Of a DNA stretch of 64,000 bases, positions 14,067 through 27,242 are shown one piece after another. Within the stretch, counting starts at the first letter, position 1. Each line of letters starts with the position of its first letter. The DNA is from Adineta vaga. Its lineage: Eukaryota; Animalia; Rotifera. The stretch covers positions 14,322,001 through 14,386,000 of the forward strand of contig CP075494.1 of the NCBI GenBank assembly GCA_021613535.1. The letters run 5' to 3'. The notes beneath the pieces were generated by a model. That model saw only the letters and a program-made list of their open reading frames with translations. It did not search any database and was not told the origin of the DNA. Both the position numbers and the translations under genes were made by a program.

Positions 14067-14924
14067 ATGGATCATCCAATCTTTCAAAATGAAGATCGTT
14101 TAGCAAAATTTAAAAGTATTATCACAAAACATGATATTAGTTATGATTTTGCATTTCGTCTGCGAGCACTTGAAGGTTTTGAAATCGTTATGATTCTCGA
14201 TGATAGTTCATCCATGTGTACACCAACAATCGATCGAGATCAACGAGATCTTTCACCTTTTAGTCAACTTCCTACACGATGGGATGAATTGAAACATGTC
14301 GTTTCCATTGTTGTTGATCTTGCTGCAACGTTAGATCCTGATGGAATTGATATTTTCTTTCTCAATCGACCAGCTTTATTACATATTACTGATGCATCAC
14401 AATTGAATGAAACATTTTCTAGATTGCCAACTGGTCCGACACCATTAACCCAAGTTTTACGAGATGTTCTCACAATAAAACGTTCACATATACTCGATCG
14501 AAAATTATTAGTTTTAATCGCAACTGATGGTCTACCAACCGACGATCGAGGTCAAAGTGATTTGTTGGCGTTGGAGAAACTTTTACGTAATGAACGACAA
14601 CCATTTATTGATCGAATCTATATTTCATTCATTGCATGTACAAATGATCTTCAATCTGTTGGATATCTGAATCGATTTGATAAGAAAATTCCTTATGTTG
14701 ATGTTCTCGATGATTATGATAGTGAACGTGCAGAAATTATAGCAGTACAAGGAAAAGCATTTCCTTTCTCTTATGGAGATTATGTAGTGAAAATATTAAT
14801 GGGTTCTATAGATCAATGGTTTGATCAATTAGATGAGAAAAAAGTTAAATTAAATCAGACACAACAAAGTAGATTTTCGCGACAAACTACAACAGGTCGG
14901 AAAAAAAGTTGTATAATCTCGTAA
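14067..14924 (+). CDS. Stand-alone VWA-domain protein with polybasic CaaX tail
   Basis: MIDAS-like ILDDSSSM, TRWDEL, DPDGIDIFFLN, GPTPL, IATDGLP; C-terminus GRKKSCIIS; intronless. Confidence 0.8.
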   Translation: MDHPIFQNEDRLAKFKSIITKHDISYDFAFRLRALEGFEIVMILDDSSSMCTPTIDRDQRDLSPFSQLPTRWDELKHVVSIVVDLAATLDPDGIDIFFLNRPALLHITDASQLNETFSRLPTGPTPLTQVLRDVLTIKRSHILDRKLLVLIATDGLPTDDRGQSDLLALEKLLRNERQPFIDRIYISFIACTNDLQSVGYLNRFDKKIPYVDVLDDYDSERAEIIAVQGKAFPFSYGDYVVKILMGSIDQWFDQLDEKKVKLNQTQQSRFSRQTTTGRKKSCIIS

Positions 14925-15168
14925 ATATGAAAAACATTATTTTCAACAGACAGAAACTAACGGGTATGCTTTATTTTTGTATATTCCTTTGACAACAATT
15001 ATTAAACCAAGATTGAATTTGTTTATTTTATCTGTATATTATAAAAAAGAACATTAATTCATATGTCTTCGACGTATTGTACACACCTTCATCTATGAAA
15101 GAGAAAGGAGTGATAAAACGTCGATCGTTACTTGTTAATTACACAGAGCTAATAACTTGTTCTTGTAA

Positions 15169-16350
15169 TTACAAAGTATATTTATTGAAAAAAGGAATGA
15201 TAACATCCACTGTTGCATTAAATACTGTCAAAGAACAATCACTTACTCCCAGGACTCCATTGCATTTTGCCGGTAAAGTTGTACGAGGCCATGCATGTTG
15301 TCCATCAATGATTTTGTATCCTATGACAATGCTACCTGTTTTACAATCCGTGTCCCATGTTTGAATTTCAACTGTTTGTTGAGGATCAATTGCGCTTGAT
15401 AGATAAGAAATTGTTGGTTTACCTTGACAACCATTTCGTGATGCCCATCCTTGTCGGAAAGTGTCAACACTGACTTCTTGGGCACCATGTGCTTGTCCAC
15501 CACTGTAGTTTGCGACACTATCTGCAGTGCCATGGAAATCAAGAATAGGAATAGCACATGTTGTAGGACAATTTCCATTGAATGTAGTCGTATAGAAAGC
15601 TGCTGAAACAGGTGCAAAAGCAGCTATTTTTCCAGCTATCGATGGTGTACAGGCTAAGAGATTGACAAATCCTCCACCTACATAATTCAGAAAAAAGAAA
15701 CATTTTCTTTGTATAACATAATTATGGTGGAAGAAGAAATCTCATTTCTACTGAATATGAAACTTTCTCAAAAATTTTCCTCTCAAAAAAGAAATGAAAA
15801 CTATAACATACCATTACTCTTGCCTGTTGCATAGATTCGAGACGAATCAACGCATAATGTCTCTTCGAGGGTGGAAATCATTGTTTCCACAAAGAGAATC
15901 TATATGATTAATTTGTCTTTGATGAAAATGAAACGAGAAAGAACTTACATCATCGACACCCGAAATAGCGTAAGGTGCGCCTTGCCAAGCAGTCTCTCCA
16001 TCCGTTCCTACTATTCCCATAGGATAGACAGCAATGATTCCAACATTGTTGATAAGCATTTGTTTTTCAGATAACTGAGATAAATCCTCTTGTTTTGCCA
16101 TATCACCATTGTGACCATGAAAGGAGAAGACAATGGCATGTGGTCGATCATTCTGGAAGTTAGCTGGAAGGTGTACGTTGTAGTGACGAACAGGTTGACC
16201 ATTTGCTGCAGGAATCTCCAATGATGTTGTTTGGCCTGGTAAAAAGTCAGGTGGACGAACTTTTCCACAACCGGAACTTGGTACAGATTCTGATGTGACC
16301 ACTGCAAGAGCGAGAATACTCACCCAATAAAGTAGAAATTGTTTTTCCAT
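15169..16350 (-). CDS. Secreted CE1/LpqC-type esterase (feruloyl esterase / PHB depolymerase-like), copy 1; exons 16350-15949, 15899-15812, 15677-15169
   Basis: Signal peptide, SSGCGK, FSFHG, AVYP, RIYATGKSNG|GGF nucleophile elbow, FHGTAD, GQHAWP. Confidence 0.85.
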
Positions 16351-17192
16351 CAATGTCTACGAATAAATGAAATAACGCATTGTAGCATATATTTTCTTTA
16401 TATAAAAATAGAACATAAAAGTACATCAACAAAGCTTATCTCTCTCTCTCACTACAGTTAATATATGTGAAATTTATCATCTGAGATCGAATGTACTTTT
16501 ATATCAGCCCATGCGCTTTCACCTCTTCAGTGTACCAGATACATTACGAAGAAAATGCAAAAACAAAAGAGTGAAAAGAAACATAATCTTTTATTCGTAT
16601 TCCATGAGGTGTGTAGTCGTTATATCGAGAGGGAAAAAAGCAGCAAAGGAGAGAAAAGACAAATATCGAAGAGAAAAAGACATCAAAATTTCTATTGATA
16701 CGAATATTCTTTTATTTTTAATTTTCTAATATAACATATCAGCTTACACTATACATAAGTGAAACTTGATAGAAAACAATGAATTATCATGTTTTCGTTT
16801 AACAACTTTTAATGCCAGATCATCTAAATATTCCATGATTGTAATAATACCACCATAATATCATTCTCAAGATGATCACTACGATATACTGAATAGCGAT
16901 TGTTTTATTTTATTCCCTTCTCACACCTATCCCATATATATATATATATGATAAAAACGATTCTCTCTTCATTGAAGAAACACATATTTACTTAATACAA
17001 TCATAGATTTTCTTAAAACTGCTATTCGTTTGACTGCAAACGACTGTTTACTGATGTTATTCCAATGCTAATCAAACAAGAGTCGATTGAACAAATATCG
17101 AAAAATAAGTTATATTTATGTAAAGATTAACAAGAACAAAAAGAAAATACGTTAACATTCGATTATATACGAATTCAATGAAAGATTTGTTT

Positions 17193-18560
17193 TTATTGTG
17201 TTTCAAATGTAAATTTAATTTGTTGTTCATTATTTGCATTTAATTCAAATATTCCTGTGAGTGATGCACCATCCATTTCGATCGAACTATTTGTTGCATT
17301 ATATTTTAACGTTAAATGATCTTGTGAAGAAAATTTTAATCGATATTCAAACGTTACAGAACGTTGTTTATTATTAATTAAATGTAAATCAATTGTATAA
17401 GTTGAGAGAATTAAATGAAATGAATTTCCACTGGAAATATTTCGTCGAGAATCTAATTGAACATATTCAATAAATTGTAAATCAGGATCTCGACCAAGTT
17501 CAAATTCATTTGTTTGATTTGCACCAATATCTGACCAAGAGATTTCTCCAACTAATCGATCAGATTCTCGTACAAATACTTTACCAGCTGGAAGAAAATG
17601 ATCTTCCACACGAAGACGATAAGCACGTTGAGCATTGCCATGATTATCATTTGAAAAGAAATACTTTTCAATGGAACCATAACGTTCAATATGAATTTTT
17701 GGACGAAACATTGGAAGAATAAAAGTTGATCGAGGATCAAGTATAAATGTTTCATTGATTCGAAATAGATACACACCAACTAATTCTTCCGCTTGAGATA
17801 TTGTTGGAGCAGCAAAATCCATCATTGGTGTTGATTCACTTTGTTGACTATTTGCATCAGCAAATCCGGCATAAACAGGATTTCCTCCTCCAGACGATGA
17901 ACCATCATTCGTTGTCGATTGAATATTAACATCTCCACTGATTAATTCTGCAAAATCAATTATCAACGATGTATCTCCATTATTTCTCACAGCTGCATAT
18001 GCTTGTAAAACCGAATAAGTATCATTATTTTCTAATAATAGATCATAATGTACCTTCCATTTAATATTATTCTGTAAATAACGAATGTAAAGTTGTTCAT
18101 TCGTGTACGAATCTAAGATGAAATCAACAGTATAATTTCGTATGGGTGGAATCGATAAATATCGTATACGATCATTGGTAATGACATAGAATGTATTATC
18201 AACTAGATCTTGTATTAAATTTCGTGTTTCATCAATCATGATTCCTTCGGTATATGTATCATTATTTATATTGCGTTTAATTAAGATATTTTGACCATTT
18301 AATGATGTACGATTGAAAGAAATAATTTGTGCATGAATATGAATACAATCACCAACAAGTCGAAATGAATCCGATCGAATATCATACCATTCTTGTTGAG
18401 AAAAAATCATAGGTAAATCTGTATATGGTGAAATTGATCGAGTTATTTCAGCAATATTATCATATATTTTAATATGAATACCATTGTTTGACTTATTAAT
18501 GTCTGTACTGATAATAATTTTAAGAGGTAAAATTAAAAAAATTAAAGAAATTATATTCAT
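17193..18560 (-). CDS. Secreted DUF4139-domain protein, intronless
   Basis: Signal peptide; IKIYDNIAEI, YLQNNIKWKVHYDL, AELISGDV, LPAGKVFV, LGRDPDL motifs typical of DUF4139 proteins. Confidence 0.7.
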   Translation of the reverse strand: MNIISLIFLILPLKIIISTDINKSNNGIHIKIYDNIAEITRSISPYTDLPMIFSQQEWYDIRSDSFRLVGDCIHIHAQIISFNRTSLNGQNILIKRNINNDTYTEGIMIDETRNLIQDLVDNTFYVITNDRIRYLSIPPIRNYTVDFILDSYTNEQLYIRYLQNNIKWKVHYDLLLENNDTYSVLQAYAAVRNNGDTSLIIDFAELISGDVNIQSTTNDGSSSGGGNPVYAGFADANSQQSESTPMMDFAAPTISQAEELVGVYLFRINETFILDPRSTFILPMFRPKIHIERYGSIEKYFFSNDNHGNAQRAYRLRVEDHFLPAGKVFVRESDRLVGEISWSDIGANQTNEFELGRDPDLQFIEYVQLDSRRNISSGNSFHLILSTYTIDLHLINNKQRSVTFEYRLKFSSQDHLTLKYNATNSSIEMDGASLTGIFELNANNEQQIKFTFETQ

Positions 18561-18932
18561 TATTCTTCTTATTTGTTATGATTCGTTTGTAATTGTTATT
18601 ATATGTATGAGGAAGAAGGAAATAACAAAAAAACGAGACATTTCTCTTTCTACTATTAAGCTACTCCTATTGAATAAATATATACGTCAAGAAGAAATGT
18701 CACAACTTAGGAGAGAGATAAAATCAAGGTTCTTGAGTCGATCTAATGAACAATTGATAAACTTTTGCGTTCATCAATTTTTATAATGATCTTTATCATA
18801 TTTATTGATAAGCACGAAAAACAACTTTAGAATAACATTGACAAGAAATTTCTTTACGTGTCATTTGAAATATAAATGATAAGACGATTGAGACACGTTC
18901 GAAACACATCAATTGTCTAAAGACTTATACTT

Positions 18933-20543
18933 TCATTCATTTGCATGTGTAATCTCTGGATTTGCTTGAATAGTTTGAAGTTCTATTGGTGGTATGACAT
19001 ATCCATTTGTAGTTCGACGTTTGATAACAAAATAGATAAGAGCAAGAAGAGAAAATACACAAATGACAATAATTATGATCAATATCAATAAATTCTTTTT
19101 TGAGAATTGTGGACGATGATCAGTTGTGATTGACAAAATTCTAGAAATATTTTAGAATAAGATGATTGCGAACTAAGATAAGATTATTGATATATATATA
19201 GTTACGGATTTTTTAACTGACTTATTTTTGTTTGTTGAACGATGAAGATGAAAATCTGCAAATACTGGACGATGATCGCTAATTTTAATATCATTCATTG
19301 CTGAATATTGAATTAATCGTATATCTTTGGAAAGATTTGATAGAAGAATACGATCAGTATAGCTTGGACGACGATCTCTATTTATTAGTGAAAACTACAT
19401 TTCATGGAAATCATTGATTTTTCTTGCTTACTCATAATTCCTTTGTGTTTGATAAGTATCTGTATTGACGAAATATTTGTATGTAGGTGGAAATGTAATA
19501 GGAGCTTCATAGAATGTTTTTAAACATTGTGTTGTATCATTATATTGACGCATTCGTGTTAACTAAATAACACAATTGAATGATGATAAAAAAAGGAATG
19601 AATTTCCTACTTCATCATTATTGAGAATACTTTGATAATTCTTGGTTTGAATTGCTTGAAGAATATTGTCAATGCTCATTGTATTGATTGTACGCCAATT
19701 TTGATCACCAAAAACAAACATATAATCATCCTGAACACTGTTCCTTAGATAAGTATGAAGAAATTTAGTTAATAATTTGCAACGTTCGACTATTTTTCCT
19801 TCTCCAGCAGGTAAATGCATATTAGCAAAGATCATATTTGTAATATTATCGATTTGAAGACGAGAAGCAATGATACCTTTGTAACCTAACAATTTATATG
19901 AAATACACAATAGTTTTAAATGAAATACAACTAATTTACCAATGATATTTTCAAAAAATTTGTCCTAAAACATAGAACTTATATTTATCTTTACAAAAAC
20001 GACAGAGGAAAAACTCTACCTGATATACTTTCATTGTAAGTTCTGTGTTAATTTTCAAAAGATTAACACGTTGAGATTGTAGCATAGTAGTTGAGACGAA
20101 CATATAAAGCCATATTGGTTTGATCAAATCTGAACCAACATAATCGGATAGAATCATTGTATAATGATTGCTTTGTAGACATTTTTTAAGAGTTTTATGA
20201 AAAGAATTGGAGCCGAAAATCTTCTTTGCAGCTTCTTGAAAACTATCAAAAAGTAGATTGTTATCTTCGTTTAAAGAATTAGTCATTTTTATCTACCCAA
20301 AGACGATAAGATCAGCTTTGATATTGTTAGAAGTTGATGAAAATGCTAACTGTTCGAATGTTTCACAATCGGGTTCACTACTGCCAACATTCCATGTTAC
20401 AATGCGAAATCTATCAAGAAAAATAGGATGATTACATAATAACATAATTCAGCTATTAGTCACCGGAAAGGTGGAGTGATTTTTGAGTGAATCAATTGAG
20501 AACAGAACAGAAGTAGAATAAGAACTGAAATGATTTTTTCCAT
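18933..20543 (-). CDS. Inositol polyphosphate 5-phosphatase-family protein with signal peptide and C-terminal TM helix
   Basis: IVTWNVG, VFG|FQE, GYKG, NMHLPAG, FGDQNWR, FPPTYKY, PSYTDRIL, SDHRPV; N-terminus MEKIISVLILLLFCSQLIHS; TM LLILIIIIVICVFSLLALIYFVI followed by KRR. Confidence 0.8.
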
Positions 20544-21048
20544 TAAACACAAATTGTGTAGGGCGCTTTCCTCTAGATTCTATTTATTTCAATTGTGCCT
20601 TTTATAAATGTCACAAAGAAAAAAAATCAATTTATATTCAATCTACTCGGCGGACGTTCTCGGTCATGAATGAATGAATGAATAAATAATGACACTGAAT
20701 TTTCATGCAACTGTATGTTATTATCCATGTTTAATTACAGAAACTTTTGATTGTTTCTAATTCTTTTTTTAAAACTAAAAAGTATGTTTGTACACGTCAG
20801 GCATAGAATAAGCCAGAATGATTTTGTTTTTTTGTTATCTATTTATTTGTTATTGTGGTTGTAAAGAGAGAAAGCGATATCGCTCTTTCTCAAAGTAAAA
20901 TAATATGACGATGCTGAAAGACATATGTCATTATCTTACACCCTTTCGGATATCTTGGTGTAATAACTGACAAATTAAGAAAATAAACACATGAGTCTAT
21001 AAAAAGGATGTGAGTCGAGCCACAAACTATTATTTGATAAGAAAACAA

Positions 21049-22787
21049 ATGCATCTTTCAATTGTTTGTTCGATTCTTCTTTTAATATGCTGTTTCTCAA
21101 TTCAAACGGCATCGGGTGCTACATCTTGTAATACTGGTTATTATTTAGATGGAACAAATTGCTATCCATGTACACCAGGTACCTACTGTCCCGATGGTTA
21201 TCGTCAGCTACCATGTAGTCCAGGTACATATTCAAATTCATACGGTTCATCATCTTGTTCAAGTTGTCGCAGTGGATATTATGCAACTAAATCTGGTTCG
21301 ACATCTTGTTCTATTTGTCCTATGGGTTATATGTGTCCAAATACTGATCGAGAACCTGTTGGTTGTGCACGAGGAACTTATCAAGATAGTTATGGTTCAT
21401 CTACCTGTCAACAATGTGCACAAGGTATGCAAGAGATAGATGTTCCATTTGAATTGATTGTTTTTCTTTTCATCTATATGAACAGGTTATTATACAACAG
21501 CAGCAAATTCACAAAAATGTTTCATCTGTCCGAAAGTATGATTTAAAGTTCTTTTTTTTTAGAGAGGAGAATAATACATCGAGATTGTGGGATTTTTACA
21601 TAGGGTTCGGAATGTACACGTGCTGATCAAGCACCTTTAGCTTGTCGACCAGGTGAATTTAAATTTTGAATTAAACAAACGAGAGATTCTATATAATAAC
21701 GTTTATGTAGGTACATATGCATATAGCGATGGTGCTTATTCCTGTTTGGATTGTCCAACTGGATGGTACACGACTCAAACGGGTGCAGTACTATGTACTA
21801 TTTGTCCTGAAGTATGTCTATTGATTATTGTTTTCAAAATGACTGTAATAATGTTATAATTAATGATAGGGAAGTGAATGTACAAGAAACGATCAACCAC
21901 CAGTTATGTGTCGGCCAGGCACTTATTCATCAGCACCAGGATCAACATGTTCTTCATGTCCATCAAATACCTATGCAACTGGTTATGGACAAGTATCTTG
22001 TAATATTTGTCCTTTAGGATATGAATGTGCACAAAGTGATCAAGAACCACGTGCATGTGCTCGTGGATTTTATCGAGATGCAACGATGAGTTCTTGTCAA
22101 CGATGTTCATCTGGTATGTGGACAAAAAATACGACATCAGTTCGTTGTGAAACCTGTCCTGTCGGATATGAATGTCCTACTACAGATTCATCACCAGTTC
22201 CTTGTCGCCCAGGAACTTTTTCATCAAAAATTAATACCGCTTCATGTTCAGAATGTGATACAGGATTCTTTACAGTTGAACCTCAATCAATACAATGTCA
22301 ACGATGTCCTCGAGGTTATTATTGTTCACAGCCAGATTCAAATCCAATACCTTGTCCTCCCGGAACATCCAGTGATTATAAACAATCACAATGTAGCAAA
22401 TGTTCTGCAGGATATTATGCTCCAAACTCGACATCATCGACTTGTCTGATTTGTCCGCAGGGATTCGCATGTGGTCTACCCAGTTTACCACCTGCAGTTT
22501 GTCCAATTGGTACTAGTGCAAGTTATGGAGCATCTTCTTGTCTCAGCTGTGCATCAGGATATTATGCAGTTCAAAATAGTTCATCGACTTGTATACCCTG
22601 CGCACCGGGATACTATTGTGATGATACAAAAGCATGTCCAAAACAATGTGCTATGGGTAGTTATTCATCGTCAGCTCAAACAAATTGTTATCAATGTTCA
22701 TCGACTTGTTCAACAGTACCAGGTGTGTTCGATTGTTCAGAATGTATTACTGCAAAACCAACTGGTTGCAAACAAAGTTATATTTGA
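21049..22787 (+). CDS. Secreted cysteine-rich repeat protein (ephrin-receptor-like / GCC2-GCC3 type CxxG(T/Y)Y...CxxC repeats)
   Basis: Signal peptide MHLSIVCSILLLICCFSIQTASG followed by tandem CxPGxY..S..CxxC units across about 5 exons; no TM segment. Confidence 0.8.
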
Positions 22788-23031
22788 ATTTAATAGAATA
22801 ATTCAATATAGTCTTGATATTATTTTAAAAACTATTTAATGTTATTTGTTTTTCTTTCATGATAATATAAAGAACGATTCATCAACGTAAAATGTAGGTG
22901 TATTCCGCATGTTTGACATATGAATATAAAGATGAGAACCATTAGCAGATGGACGATATGCGCACTCTTATTAATCACTTAGTCCATATAAATAGATCAG
23001 ATTCAATGTTTAAAAACCTATCATATTTAAG

Positions 23032-23859
23032 ATGATATTTTTGTCTAGTTTTCTCTATTTTATAAATTTTCGTACAATTTTTGCTATCCTATGTCCATCC
23101 TGTAATGATATCTATTTCGATACAGCTAATATTTCTACTTCTGTCAATCAATCCTATTGTTCGCTAGTAGATATATCAGCATCATTATGTAAAAGTGAAT
23201 TATTTATTGATCTTATTGAACCTTATTCAGCTGTTATTAAATATATAACTGCTCCAACGAACGCTCTACTAGCTGGTAATGGTGAAACTGATTTAATTAC
23301 AACTATGAATATCCCATTGGATATTGGTTATCCATATGCATCAATTATTTATAATTGTTATGATAAAGATCTTTGTAATAATAATAGTATAGTACAAGAT
23401 CGATATGAACAATTAACGAAATTAAATTATACAAAATTAGAACATGAATTAAGTGAATTTCTTTATAATGATGAAAATATTCTTAAAGAAGATAAAATTG
23501 AATGTTTTAGTGAAGATAAAAAGATTATTACATGTTGTACCAACTGGCAATGTCAAGCAACATTGATTCTAGAACAAGGACGAACTGATTCATTAAGCAC
23601 AACATGTATTCCTGATCGACGACCTGGTGCTCGAAGTGGTCTTATTATTCAATCAAAATTGCTAGGTAAAAATTATAAAAAAACAAGTATCTCATATATT
23701 TGTAATAAAAATCAATGTAATAATCCATCAATAGTTCATCAAATTCGACAAATTCTTTTCGAAGCTAATCTAATCGATTCGAAAGCAAATAATTTGAATT
23801 TTATTTCTATGAGTTTATTTATCATTTGTATCATTATCAATCTTTTTTTACATATGTGA
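23032..23859 (+). CDS. Secreted/GPI-anchored Cys-rich protein with two Ly6/uPAR-like C-x(4)-CN ends
   Basis: Signal peptide; CYDKDLCN and CNKNQCN motifs; hydrophobic C-terminal tail; intronless. Confidence 0.6.
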   Translation: MIFLSSFLYFINFRTIFAILCPSCNDIYFDTANISTSVNQSYCSLVDISASLCKSELFIDLIEPYSAVIKYITAPTNALLAGNGETDLITTMNIPLDIGYPYASIIYNCYDKDLCNNNSIVQDRYEQLTKLNYTKLEHELSEFLYNDENILKEDKIECFSEDKKIITCCTNWQCQATLILEQGRTDSLSTTCIPDRRPGARSGLIIQSKLLGKNYKKTSISYICNKNQCNNPSIVHQIRQILFEANLIDSKANNLNFISMSLFIICIIINLFLHM

Positions 23860-24745
23860 AAATGATTTCTTTATTATTAAACTTTACCTCATATATTCTA
23901 TTGAAACGATAATAAATCAGTTTAGTATTTTATTCCATTCTAACCATCGAAAACAATATTCGATTACGCCCTCATCATTATTCCATTTGTTGTCAAACAA
24001 ATTGTGAATGAATAGTATTTTTTTACATGTATTTAAAAGGGTATGGTATGATTTTTCTTTTTCTTTCCTATACAATTCAATTTATGATCTAACCAAGTAA
24101 AAATATTTGGCTTTACTTTCTGATATATATTTATACATCGATGTCATGTAATTTAGTCGACTATTTATGATCGACAACCCACGTTTATGTCTATTGACAT
24201 TGATCAACACGCTGAATTAATAAAAAAACGCTTGTGTGAGTAGGAAACAAATTATTTTGGTTGATTATCAAGGTTAAAAAGATGAGATTTTAAATAGAAA
24301 ACTTGTTTTTTTTTCTCGTATGGTTGACCTGATCTCTGTTAAACTACTTATGTTTCATAAGAATGAAGACGTAAGAGATTTTTTTCCAATTAGTATCGAG
24401 TCATTTTTCACCTTTAGTTTTTCTTCATATATTATGTGACAGAATGAATCTATAAGTAAGCTATTTTGTCATTCGATCAACATCGAATAGAAAAAAGTGA
24501 TGCGACCTAAAGGAAGGCTATGTCATGTTCATTTCAAGATTATTAAAGAAGAGGAAACGGAAAAAATCTTGTTCTCTTACTTTTTTCTCAACTAATACGA
24601 AAGAGAAAAGAAAAATAGAGGAGTAAAAGTTAGTGTTCTCGCGAGAGAAGAGAAAAAGAAAAGGTGAATGGTTTCTAAACACAGACTATTTCATAATATG
24701 TCGTTTTTTTCTTTTCTTTTTCAAGCATAACAAATCTTAACAACG

Positions 24746-27139
24746 ATGAATCCGACAACTACCAACACGGAGATATCTCAAAAATATAATCTCTATGGTT
24801 GGGGACAATTTCGATGTGGTGGCATTCTGAGTCGACCGATATTTGCCTATGTTATTCTATGTATTTGTACATTTATTCAAAATTTTACTGTTAATGGAGC
24901 TAATAATGCAGTGATTTCTACACTTGAACGTGTTTTCTATTTAAATAGTGTACAATCTGGTTTGTTTCTTGCTCTATATGATTTAGCTACTGTTGTTTCT
25001 TCACCAATTGTTGGTTATCTAGGTGGTTTATATTCTTCACCAATATTCTTCTCATTGAATATGATCATTGTTGCAATTGGAAATGTAATGATAGCTTCAA
25101 GTAATTTTCTAAATCAAGATATGAAATTCAATGTGAGTTATGAAATAGCACACAATTTTTTCACATCGGACAATGTCCTTTTTCAATGTTATAAAAATCC
25201 ATTTCATAATCAATCAATTACAGACACGACATGTTTAACAGCAGATAAATTATCAAATTCGGTTAGAAATGCCAAAGCACTTCTCTACATTGGAAATTTT
25301 GTTACTGGTATTGGAAGTGTTGCTTTATTAACAATCGGTATTGCCTATATCGAACGAATATTTCCACGTGAGAAAGCAGCATATTGTCAAGCAATTTATT
25401 TTGCTGTTGGAACAGTTGGTGGAGCACTTGGAATTGTAGCTACAGGAAGATTTTTATTATTATATACAAAATTCATGTCAAAACAACGTCTTCCATCTTG
25501 GTTAAAACCAAATCATCCATTATGGATTGGATGTTGGTGGTTACCTTATTTAATATATGGATCATTATCTTTTCTTATTGGAATATTTGTATCTGGTCTA
25601 CCGAATTATGAAATACCCGGACAAAAATATATGATTAGCGACACAACATCTACTCAACCACTACAGAATCATAATCGTAAAACGAATGATTTTTTTAATA
25701 AGAATTTCATCCATTGATTTGATTTAGATGTTTCAAATATTCAAGAAGATTCACCAACTAATATTACAACGACGACAACATATTCATCTACAACTACTCC
25801 AGATAAAAGTTCAAAGCAACCTTCAGAAGATCAAACTACTAGAAATGGTGTCATTAATCATGCTTATTCAACGGATACACTATATAATCAAATAACACCT
25901 TCATCTGCAATTGCAGTATCAAATCCACCTGTTCAACAACAAAAACCTTGGAAAAATATGTGTACTGAGATTTCTGCACTTCTTCACAATACACGATATG
26001 TTTTTATTGTAATTGCAAATCTATTCGAAGGAATTTTATTAAAAGGTATTTCTTTTCTATTACGTAATATTTGAAATGATGAATTTTTTTCTCTTTTCTA
26101 AAAGGATTCGTACCATTTATTACAAAATATTTCGAATATCAACATCAATTAGATTCATCGACAGCAACATTAATTACTGGTGCCATTGCTTTACTTTCTG
26201 TTATCATTGGTTGTCCCATCGGTGCCTATTGCATGAATAGATTTTCATGGACACCAAAACGATGTGCACGTGTTTGTACAATTATCTTAACATTGTCATC
26301 GTTTCTCTTCTTATTCCTAACTCTCTCATGTCCTGAATTAAAATTTCAAAATACATCATGCTCATCTGAAAATAATCAATGTTGTCATAATATTTACCGT
26401 CCAGGTAACACAGACACGAACTCTTTTTTTCTTCTCGAATCAATCTTTGTTTTTTTTGTTTAGTATGTGATATAGATGATAATCAAAAAATGTATCTATC
26501 ACCATGTCATTTTGGTTGTACAAATCAAACAATTACTACCAATTCTAATACGACATTATATTCTTCATGTAATTGTGCAGATAATACTATTCTAAGTGAA
26601 ACAGCATGCCGATTTCGACGAATACCATGTAAGAAATCTTAGAATATCCATGAAAATTCAAAAGCTTATTCTTGTTTATTATAGGCCCAGTCATTTTTGC
26701 TTTAACTATGTTAGGTGCTACGTGTGTTGTTTTTTTCACAGCATTTATTCAAGTGCCATTATTACAAGTTCTTCTCTATACTGTTCCCTTGCCTTATCGA
26801 ACTATGGCACTTGCTCTTCGTCAAATAACTGTTCGAGTATTAGGACAAACAACAGGTCCATTATTATTCGGTTTTGTGTTTGATCAAGCATGTTTAGTAT
26901 GGTTAACTGATTGTTATGCTCGACGAACATGTAAAGTATATAATAATCGTCGAATGGGTTTATCAATGGCATTATCCGGATTTGGCACTCGATTTATTTC
27001 GGGTATTAGTTGTGGTATAGTTTATTTCATTTGGAAATTTAAATATCCGAATGAACAAACCATTTCTCCGAATACATTACCTGTAACAACGAATCCTCCT
27101 GCACAGAAAAATGACAATGATGAAATGACTCATTTCTAA
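24746..27139 (+). CDS. Organic anion transporting polypeptide (SLCO/OATP family)
   Basis: ISTLERVFYLNSVQSG, PLWIGCWW, Kazal-like YRPVC...YLSPCHFGC, GPLLFGFVFDQACLVW...CKVYNN. Confidence 0.9.
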
Positions 27140-27242
27140 CAATAACTCATTGTTGCTGTTAACATTTTATTCAAATGACAATCTAAAATATATCAGTAAA
27201 TAAATAATCAATGAAAAAAAATCACAAACGATGTTCTCTCTT

